NCBI GenBank assembly: GCA_051362555.1 | Contig: CM120640.1 | Coordinates: forward strand, 61,110,788-61,174,787 | DNA from: Lingula anatina | Taxonomy: Eukaryota > Animalia > Brachiopoda | Reading direction: 5' to 3' | Length of the DNA: 64,000 bases | Shown here: positions 55,901 through 64,000 of the stretch, piece after piece | How positions within the stretch are numbered: position 1 is the stretch's first letter | How the letters are laid out: every line of letters begins with the position of its first letter | Translations under genes and position numbers: made by a program | The notes under the pieces: model-generated | What the model was told of the DNA's origin: nothing | The model's database searches: none | The model's input: only the letters and a program-made list of their open reading frames with translations

Positions 55901-57083
55901 CCAGCATTTACTTCAGCTTTCCATATGATAGGCAAGGCAAATTAATGACTGTTTTACAACAATTTTCAACACTCTGTCAATTATGTAGCCTATTTGTTAG
56001 ATAAAAATTTAACAGACACGCATTCTCACCTGTACAATTCTTTAATCTTAATCTGAATTGGAGTAGAGCAGCCTTTGGCTATTAATTGTAATGCTCTATG
56101 TAAAAGTTCATTTTTTCTGCCACTTTTGTTACGACCAGCAAATCCAAGCAGAACTTGTAGTTCTGAAACCCGGAAGCTCATGACCATGTGCTGAAAGTAA
56201 AATCAATAATAAAATCTTTAACTAAAAAAATGTAGCATAAGAATAAGAATAGAGTTCTCATAACCGAAGCCCATCAATGCTACCTTACCTGTCCTTCACA
56301 GTAACTTATGTTTTTCATCAAAATGTTGAAAAATGGGTGAAATCATTTTCTCAGTCTAGCAAAGATGCAATCAATTTGATGAAAGGGTTACTAGTTCAAA
56401 GTCTTTATAATCAACTGGACTGAACTAATGGTTTTGTACAGATTCTCAAAAATGAAAACCAAGCAGACTATTGTTTATCAAATAGTAAAAAAGGGAAAAT
56501 TTGTTATACTGATGGGTCAGTAACAGAACTTTCTAGATCATTCTCCATTTTCACAGCAACTTTGGCAAGAAATGATAGCAGTGACAAACCTTATGTTACA
56601 AAACTATGAATAACTCCATAACTGAAGCCTGGTAAATATACAGGATGCAGTATAATGGTTTCCAAAAGTGGATAGAGGTAAGTTTTTGTCATATATTAAA
56701 AAAAAAAAAAGGTTACGTTGTTATTTCTAAAACAAATATTTACTTATTATAGTGGTTAAAGCTAGTGTCTATACCCTTTGAAAATAATCACCAAACTTAC
56801 AGGGCATCTAATCATACAAAAATTGTCAGTCTGCCAACTTAATGTGAAACAAACATGTGGCTTTGGCCTATCAGTTTAGTTGTTTTGCTAACTAGGTTAG
56901 GCCAAGAAATATAACTGAAATTCAGTTACTCAGTACCTCCACACTACCAAAGACTAAACACCCAGTAAAATGGAGAAAAAACAAAGGTTTGGTGTGATTA
57001 GAAAAAAAGTAATGTTGAAATATCTCTAAATTTATTGTAAAATCGAAGAAATTACTCACTTTCAAGTCTGCCGGATCCGCCAT
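44249..57083 (-). CDS. PIAS: E3 SUMO-protein ligase PIAS, long isoform. Exons 57083-57060, 56190-56030, 53081-52990, 52693-52547, 52224-52134, 51919-51869, 51174-51084, 50816-50682, 50408-50303, 49576-49503, 48916-48756, 48633-48482, 48123-(phase-2 donor unresolved, possibly 47955), 45158-44947, 44754-44714, 44398-44249
   Basis: MADPADLK|[26 protein letters not shown] (SAP). [45 protein letters not shown] (PINIT). [35 protein letters not shown] (SP-RING). [15 protein letters not shown] (SIM). C-terminal GIITLD*, like the PIAS1-type DIISLD end. Confidence 0.93.
47519..48123 (-). CDS. PIAS: Extended alternative terminal exon of PIAS (short isoform ending ...[10 protein letters not shown])
   Basis: The SIM exon stays open for about 200 Ser/Pro-rich codons to TAG at 47521-47519, followed by minus-strand AATAAA at about 47270-47265. 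Confidence 0.7.
49086..49215 (-). ncRNA. SNORD94: Intronic box C/D snoRNA, SNORD94/U94-like, copy A (variant guide)
   Basis: Minus strand: TGCT-ATGATGA (box C)-AATTCCAGGGGTC-CTGA (D')...CTGA (box D)-GCA. Terminal stem, same strand as the host gene PIAS. Confidence 0.7.
49241..49371 (-). ncRNA. SNORD94: Intronic box C/D snoRNA, SNORD94/U94-like, copy B; predicted U6 C62 2'-O-methylation guide
   Basis: TGCT-GTGATGA-AAGTGCAGGGGTC-CTGA...CTGA-GCA. The guide pairs with U6 GGCCCCUGCGC (11 bp, 2 GU) and the D'+5 rule points to C62. Internal hairpin AACAGCC..GGCTGTT and a TGCATGTGG motif. Confidence 0.8.
51560..51689 (-). ncRNA. SNORD94: Intronic box C/D snoRNA, SNORD94/U94-like, copy C
   Basis: Near-identical to copy B: TGCT-ATGATGA-AAGTGCAGGGGTC-CTGA...CTGA-GCA, in a different PIAS intron. 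Confidence 0.8.
51762..51831. repeat. (TACA/TACG)n compound microsatellite
   Basis: Directly visible tetranucleotide repeats. Confidence 0.85.
53640..53878. mobile_element. Degenerate MITE with about 17-bp inverted subrepeats
   Basis: TAAGGGTC / GACCCTTA ends. AAGGTCCACTATTCC-type units on the left are mirrored by GGAATAGCAGATCTT units on the right. Confidence 0.55.
53945..55341. mobile_element. Inverted-repeat element interrupted by a younger insertion; related copy at about 58795-59025
   Basis: Imperfect TIR of about 43 bp: GTGTTTCCACAAATCCATTGTACTAGCTGGATTGATCTAACTC / GAGTTAGATTGATCCAGCTAGTACGATTGGTTTATGGGAACAC. Confidence 0.65.
54130..55286. mobile_element. Nested DNA transposon with CAG...CTG ends and 6-bp TSD
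   Basis: TIR CAGCGTTTGAC / GTCAAACACTG (1 mismatch). CCCATG at 54124-54129 and 55287-55292. Confidence 0.8.
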
Positions 57084-57281
57084 TTTGTTCAACTTTGACA
57101 TTGAAAGTCAAAGCATGATGGAAACTGAAAATGGCACGACATTCTTATTTGCATAAATGGTTTCCAAAAATAATATTTTTGTTTAAAAAATTGGGGTATA
57201 TTTTTAATTATAAAAGGATTTGAAGAAAATGATCGGTAAATTAATTTGTACCGATCTTTATTTTACTAAGTCGCATCAAAG
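57084..57281. promoter_or_regulatory. Bidirectional promoter shared by PIAS and NDUFS7
   Basis: Divergent ATGs 198 bp apart. YY1-type AANATGGCGG overlaps both start codons. Octamer ATTTGCAT at 57147-57154. Confidence 0.75.
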
Positions 57282-60200
57282 ATGGCGGTGGCTCGGGGAG
57301 GTATGTTTCATAATAGGTCAAATCTTGATGATACGTTTTCTGATTCTTCGAATCCATTCAGAAAACAGTTATCTCTAGTTTGTCACATAACGCTCTTAGT
57401 AAATGCTGTAAAATGTTTTTAAAAATTTATTAACTAAGATCAAACACGTGTCGGACTTATGCAGTTTTTCTGTCTTAGTGACTAGTGTCAACTAAATTTA
57501 GTAAAAAAAAAAAATAAAAATAATAATAATAAAAAGATACCCACCGGGCTACATGTAACTACCAAAGCAGTCTATGAAGTATCACGACGTTGGGTTCATT
57601 AAAGTGTTTCTCCTGTGGTTCTTCGGTATATTGGGATGTGCAAGTGGTCCCTGGTTCTTTCGTGTTGTTAACGGATCTCACTGAGGCTTGGCTCATTTGC
57701 AGATATTTAATTTTGTGCTACTCCGATCTTTTTTCATATGCTGTCCTCTTGTTAGGTGAGTCTGGTTTAGTCTGATGAAATTTGTGTAAAACATTTTTCA
57801 CTTAAGATTTTGTACATTTCACTCATATTATCATCTGATCTCCTGTTAGATACAGCAGGAAGCTAAAATCTTTCCAGTATTTCTTGATATGACAGTTCTT
57901 AGAATCCTGGTAAATTTTTTGTTGCTCTATGTTGCACAACTTCAATTGCTATGTTTCTTTAAACTAGGAGACCAGATCTGGTTTGCAAATTCTAGATGTG
58001 GATGAACTAGTGACTTACAGCAAAGGCTGAAGTTCTCAAAATCTATAGTTATTCAAAAGTCCTGATTTTCTCGAGAATGTTATTGGCTTTAGTGATTTTT
58101 TCATTTACATGCTGTTCAAAAGCTAAGGTATTGTCTGTAACTGTTCCATTGCCCTATTAATCTGAAACACGCTGCAGTTTATGTTTTAATTTGTTAAAGC
58201 TTTTATCATAGACTCTGGCCCCATATTATGGGACAACCCTGGAAGTTCAGGTTTTTTAATTAATTTGTAGAATGTATGTTTCAAGCGTATGCTAAAACAA
58301 TGGACAAATGGGTTATGCAGATTTTTCCTATGACTTGAAACAGAGTGTTGGTGTTTACATGATCATAGATCTTAAATTTGCTGTAGATAAAATATGCGTA
58401 AAACATTTAATTTTCTGTGCACAGTATCAAGTAGGTAACAGTGTTTATATGTGTACCGGAGGAAACATGAAATATCTTCAAGCAACTACCCAATTCAGAA
58501 AAACCAGAGCATAAGCTTTCAAATGATATGTCACTCATCATCTCTACAACAATATGACTCAATGTTATCTGCACACTTCCAATTTGTCCCATTATCTGGA
58601 GTCTAAGCATGACAATAAGTTAGTGTTTTTCCCAATTATGATCCCAATTTTATGGATGAATCTTTATTCTCATGAACTTGCATTTGAATGAAGTTTAAGT
58701 AGAGAACTCTCAGCCCACTTATAAACTAAATGTAGATCTGCTTAAGTTAGGTGCAGTACTCAACTGTAAATACTGATTTAAGTATTAGTATGTCTAGGAC
58801 CGGGTTCCCACAGATTTGGATTGATCCATCTGGATCGACCCAATTCCCTGGGGGTTCAAGCTAAATTGCTGTCATCTTCCGGGAGCCAAGCACGCACAAA
58901 AATTAATTACCCCCTTACAGCTTTTAGTAGGAGGGACAGACATTTAAGCCGGTTAAGCTGACAGCAATCTAGTGAGACTCCCCAGGGGGATAGATCGATC
59001 TAAATATCTGTGGGAATGGTCTCTAGAAATAAGAAAAGGATAGACCCATTTATTTCGAGTAAGGGTACCGCTGGTATTAATAATACTTTTTCTTCTCACT
59101 AAGGAGTTGAGTTTTAGAACTATATCAAAGAAAAAATGTGATCACATTAGTGCAAATACGAGTCTTTTGTGTAAGAGTTGTCAGGAATTCTCAGTTTTTA
59201 ATTTTGGATAATATGGAAATATACTGATATCTGTGCAGATAAGGTGAAATAAAAGGAAAAATATGATAAAATTAGTGCAAGAACAAGTCTTTTGTGTCTA
59301 GAATTTTTAGTTTTTAATTTTGGATTATACATAAATATACTTAGATCTATGCAGATAGGAAAAATTAATTTAGGCCTCACTCAGAATAGGGGACTAAGTA
59401 GTCTGAGGGTCAAATATGGTTGACCCACTTGAATACTTCCCCACGGGATATCTATTCATTGTCTATTAGCGGATTAGATGACAGGCTTTGTAGTGGGTCA
59501 CCATATTTGATCCTCCGACTAGTTAGTCCCCAATTCTGATTGATGCCTTAGTTACATCTGCTTTTTAATTTCTTTCAGTGATTCATCTGCAAGTGAGCTT
59601 TCGGCTCTTTCAGAGGCTAACTTTGCCATTGACACAAACCAGATTTTTACATGACAGAACACGGCATGTTAAGGAAAATGAAAAGAGAAGCTTTGAGTGA
59701 GAATATTTTCTTATATTTTTAAGCAGTGTTTATGTAGTGCCATAGTCAACTTGTTTTTCTTGTTGCCCAGTTGAAAGCACTAGTGTGCAGATAATTGTTC
59801 CCGATATTGGATGTGTTTATAGAATTTGAAAGTATTACTCAAGTTAAATTAGTATTGTTACATTGAGTCAGTGAAAATTTTTATTGATTGTAAACCTAAA
59901 AATTTTTGAGAAAAGTCACAAATAATGAAATTGTAAAGAACCTAAAAATTTTTGAGAAAAGTCACAAATAATGAAATTGTAAAGAATTATTTAGCTGCCA
60001 AGGTAATTAGTACCACCAGCGTGTACGCTGGCGGTACTCATGGTTTTAGTCCCGACCCGTCTCGTCCGGCTCCGCCGGCTCCGCCAGCTCTGCCGGCTCC
60101 GTTGGCTCCGCTGGCTCCGTAAGCTCCGCCGGCTCCGCGTACTGGCGCCGGATACAAGTCACCGTTACCGCTTCTCCTCCTAGACCGCAAGGACCCCTGT

Positions 60201-62841
60201 CCCCATCTCTTGGATTTAGGTCACATATAACCTCAACTTGAACCCCCAGGTTTTTTTGTCTCAGTCGGTACATTGACCTGGGCGTGACGCTCCTTGAAAT
60301 GCACCCTTGTCAAAATTTTTGAAAATTCAATGCCAATTATCTACCCTACGGAAGGAATTATGGGAAAATTTTCTACAGATGGCTTTCCAAAAGTCATATG
60401 TGTAGATTTCAAATATGCCCTTGGATTTGACCTTTGACCTTTATTTCAAGGTCAAACGGGCCAAAATTTTCAAAAAAATGAAATTTTTTACGAAAAAAAA
60501 TATTATTTGCACTGTTATTCAGACACTACACAGACTTAACCAATAATTATATTGGAAAGTGTTACCCTTTGGGTCATCTTTCATCTCTGTGAATTTGGGG
60601 TCAATCGGTGCATTTTCACAGGAGTAGCGGCCATAAAATACCGAAAATGAAAACTGTCTCTAATTCGGGAACCGTTAATGCTAGCGACCCATTCTTTTTT
60701 GCATTTTGTAGAGCATGTAAAGCCCAACACTGAGAGTGGTCTCCGTTTTTTTGTATTTCATACGGTTTTCGTGTTATGCTGTATTAAAAAGTACTTTGTG
60801 GTGGCACATTTTTGTAACTCAGAATTGTAACATTTAGTCCCTTATATCTCCAAAACTGGCAGAGATAGGTCAATAGTTATTATTTAAGTTGAATAGGAAG
60901 TCATTTACTTGCAATCTAGATGTGAGCTTGAAATTGACCTTTGACCTACTTTTCACCATGAACTGAACTTTGCAAATTTTTGTTCCCTTTTATCTCCAAA
61001 ACTGGCAGAGATAGGTCAATAGTTACTATTGAACTTGAATAGGAAGTCACATACTGGCAATTAATCAGTGACCTTAAAATTGACCTTTGACCTACTTTTC
61101 ACCATGAATTGAACTTTGCCCATTTTTGTTCCCTTTAATCTCCAAAACTGGCAGAGATAGGTCCATAGTTACTATTGAACTTAAATAGGAAGTCATGAAC
61201 TGGCAATTTACTGTGACCTTTAAATTGACCTTTGACCTTCCTTTTACTATGAACTTAGCAAATTTTCGTTCACCTTTATCTTCAAAACTGACAGATAGGT
61301 CCATAGTTACTATTGAACTTGAATAGGAAGTAATACACTAGCAATCTGTGACCTTGAAATTGACCTTTGACCTACTTTTTATGATGAACTGCTTTTTGCA
61401 TGTTTTCTGGCCTTTAAATCTGCAAAATTGGCAAAGAAATGTCCATGGTTGCTATTGAATTTGAATAGAAATTCATATACTATGATATTGAAATTGACCT
61501 TTGACCTACTTTTTCACCATGAACTGAGCTTTGCATATTTTCTTGCCTCTCATATCTTGAAATCTAGCAGAGATGTGCCCATTGTTTCCCCTAGGTTTTC
61601 TCTTTTGTCAGCATATATGCACCATTGACAACACATTTCAAGGAAAACCAATAGGCCTTTTGTCTAGAGAATACAGTAGTGAGCAAGGGTAGGAAAATGC
61701 AAGTCAATTTGAAAATCTGCTTGATTGTATCATTTTTAGTTATATTTTTTGCATATTTTGAGAACTCTTGTTGATTGCATCTTACAGAGCTTGTCAAACA
61801 CCAGACTGGTGATGGTGTCCCTTTTAGGAGGGGGGGGGGGGTCCATACGAATGCGCTTACTCCAGCTGGTGGTACAATATCTGGAGGCGGTATCGCCTCT
61901 CTGATCCTCTAGTTAAAATTGCTTTTTTGTTTATAACCAAATACTGGTATTTTATTTGTAGTCTGGTTCTTACACGGGAGCAAAGCACAAATCAACCAGA
62001 TGGGCCAGAGGTAAAAGATTTCACATCCCTGAGTCTCAAGCCGAACCATGTTCCTGGTAAACAGCTTGCACACACTGGAAAAACTTCTGTTGGAGAATAT
62101 GCTGTAGCCAGGGTTGATGATCTTATAAACTGGGGCAGAAGGGTAAGTTAATTCTTCTATACCCATGCGACCCCTTTAAAACCTGTGTAAATATAGAAAA
62201 ATTACATCAATCAGCATAAAGTTAAATTACCATTGACTATCTCATACATAAAATTTTATCTGCAAAATCTTTGGTCTTCCAGACTTAATTTTGTTTAGAA
62301 AGACAAAACTATCATTGTTCTGGAGTTTAGCCAAGGCATCGTTCACCTGAAAAATCCAAATTCCAAAAATCCATTGGCGGTATCTAGTGATCACGGTCTG
62401 TGCCCTGAATACCCTGCGGCCTAATTCTGTAACTAGCAGAGCGAGTGAGTTACTTCCAAAGCTGTAATTAAATCTTGGTTGTGCTCGGAGGAGATTCTGA
62501 CACCTGGACGCATGCGCAGTAATAAGCTAGAGAGAAAGAAAATGGCCCTTGGGGGGTATTAAGGGCACAGACCATGATCACTAGATACCGCCAATGGATT
62601 TTTGGAATTCGGATTTTTCATGTGAACAGTGCCCAAGTCAGATGCATTCAAACACAAATAGTCCAGTATCCATGTGATTTTAACATCATCATCCTTATCA
62701 TGGTGTAATTTACAGTGTTATTTTCTTAAATATTTTGGATAGAAATTGATAATAATTGTTTACCAATTTTAATGACAACTAAGTATTTAAGATCTACTTG
62801 GATTCATTGTGCTTTTTTTCTGGATGTTTTTGTTTTATATT

Positions 62842-62880
<39 letters not shown>

Positions 62881-63987
62881 AGGGTGTAATTTCTCCCATG
62901 GGTCAGTCTCTAGGGTTATCATTTTCTTCTCTTTATGTCAGGGTTCAATCTGGCCATTAACATTTGGTCTTGCCTGCTGTGCAGTAGAAATGATGCATTT
63001 CGCTGCACCAAGATATGACATGGACAGGCTTGGTATGGTGTTCAGAGCAAGTCCACGCCAAGCAGATTGTATTATAGTTGCTGGGACTCTCACAAACAAA
63101 ATGGCACCAGCCCTTAGAATGGTAGTTATGCTGCCCATGTTTGACACAACTCTCATTGACAAGTTATTTTTTATATATGGACAAATTTTAAGTTTGAGAA
63201 TAAAAGAAAAATATGTAGTATGTTTTTCATGCACCATTCTATTTTGTAATAAGAAAGTACAGAATTGATTTATTTACCAGATATTAACAAAGAAAGAAAA
63301 ATAAGTTTCCACTTTTTAGTATGATTGATACTGATTAATTCAATTTTAGATTTATGATCAGATGCCTGATCCCAGATGGGTAGTGAGCATGGGAAGTTGT
63401 GCCAATGGTGGAGGTTACTACCACTATGCATATTCGGTAGTAAGGGGATGTGACAGGATTTTGCCTGTAGATGTATATGTACCAGGCAAGTTTTTTAATT
63501 ATTTTTTAACTTTGGCAAATACTGCAGAAAAGTACACTTGATAAAAATTCACTTTAACTTGTATAAGGCAAAAAGACTTGCACAGATATTTAGAACTAAG
63601 TAAATATCTTTAACACTAAGATGAGACTTAAAAGTTTGGTATAAACACAGTGACGTTGGTCAGCCAAGTTGACATTTTACTACAATCTGCAAAATAATAT
63701 AATTTGAAATAAAATGTTCTGGTTACTTAAAACTCTTTTGTCACCCTACTAAGAATTAATTGCAGTCTTTGTAATAATTGAGATGTAAATGAATACTTTA
63801 TTTTCTTCCAGGTTGTCCACCATCTGCAGAAGCATTGTTATATGGAATGCTTCAGTTGAAAAAGAAGATTAATAGAGATCAAAGAAAGTACCATTTTTTC
63901 AGACAACACATGGCAGCACGTAAGAGAATGAAAAAAGATGAAATAGAACATTTATCAGATTACAAGAAACTTGAGAATGGCCAATGA
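57282..63987 (+). CDS. NDUFS7: NADH:ubiquinone oxidoreductase Fe-S subunit 7 (PSST), mitochondrial. Exons 57282-57300, 59579-59696 (less certain), 61962-62142, 62942-63121, 63350-63485, 63812-63987
   Basis: [16 protein letters not shown]|[82 protein letters not shown]|[13 protein letters not shown]2 cluster cysteines intact. The last intron is GC-AG. TGA at 63985-63987. Confidence 0.95.
59370..59550. mobile_element. Foldback MITE with arms of about 60 bp
   Basis: TAGGCCTCACTCAGAATAGGGGACTAAGTAGTC..GGTCAAATATGGTTGACCCACT is mirrored by AGTGGGTCACCATATTTGATCC..GACTAGTTAGTCCCCAATTCTGATTGATGCCTTA. Confidence 0.7.
59895..59986. repeat. Local tandem duplication of about 45 bp
   Basis: AACCTAAAAATTTTTGAGAAAAGTCACAAATAATGAAATTGTAAAG occurs twice in tandem. 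Confidence 0.85.
60008..61913 (+). mobile_element. Non-autonomous Helentron (HINE/DINE-1-like) carrying a satellite array of about 145-bp units
   Basis: 5' subTIR GTACCACCAGC with adjacent inverted copy GCTGGCGGTAC, (GGCTCCGCC)n microsatellite, about 5 tandem units with TTGACCTTTGACC (about 60838-61560), 3' subTIR GCTGGTGGTAC at 61865-61875, hairpin GAGGCG-GTAT-CGCCTC, CTAG end, TT context. Confidence 0.85.
62335..62633. mobile_element. MITE with long TIRs (about 80 bp), PIF/Harbinger-like
   Basis: GGCATCGTTCACCTGAAAAATCC..GGCGGTATCTAGTGATCACGGTCTGTGCCC is mirrored at the right end. CAA on both flanks. Confidence 0.75.
62847..62878. repeat. (TA)n microsatellite
   Basis: Directly visible. 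Confidence 0.9.
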
Positions 63988-64000
63988 GATGAGCAGCTTA

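Noticed and set aside
57772-57840. TGATGA...CTGA pair in NDUFS7 intron 1
   Set aside because: No terminal stem, imperfect box C and no recognisable guide.
60046-60273. ORF with AEP repeats
   Set aside because: It is the antisense translation of the Helentron GGCTCCGCC microsatellite.
60838-61560. Regularly spaced repeats resembling a CRISPR array
   Set aside because: Whole units repeat with no unique spacers, there are no cas genes, and the context is a eukaryotic TE.

Overview
AT-rich animal genomic DNA with spliceosomal introns. An invertebrate, probably a lophotrochozoan such as a mollusc, is inferred from the protein style and repeat types. Four intron-containing genes were reconstructed by hand from splice sites and reading frames: (1) the 3' half of PGGT1B (+, 294-2890); (2) a complete MEF2 (-, CDS 6618-19669, probable non-coding 5' exons/promoter near 33.1-34.2 kb); (3) a complete PIAS SUMO E3 ligase (-, 44249-57083) with two alternative C-termini; (4) NDUFS7/PSST (+, 57282-63987), head-to-head with PIAS across 198 bp. 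Introns and intergenic DNA hold a 5'-truncated, frameshifted L1/Tx1 LINE, two Helentron-type elements with internal satellites and many MITEs, three of them with CAG...CTG ends and 6-bp TSDs. Main observations: three intronic C/D snoRNAs in PIAS predicted to methylate U6 C62 (SNORD94-like); a perfect 17-nt complementarity between the coding ends of the two alternative PIAS last exons, competing with a local hairpin; an alternative MEF2 donor adding an acidic nonapeptide where vertebrates have the beta micro-exon; and adjacency of MEF2 (intact [12 protein letters not shown] motif) to its SUMO ligase family. Everything was read by eye. No searches or folding were run, and comparisons to known genes are from memory.
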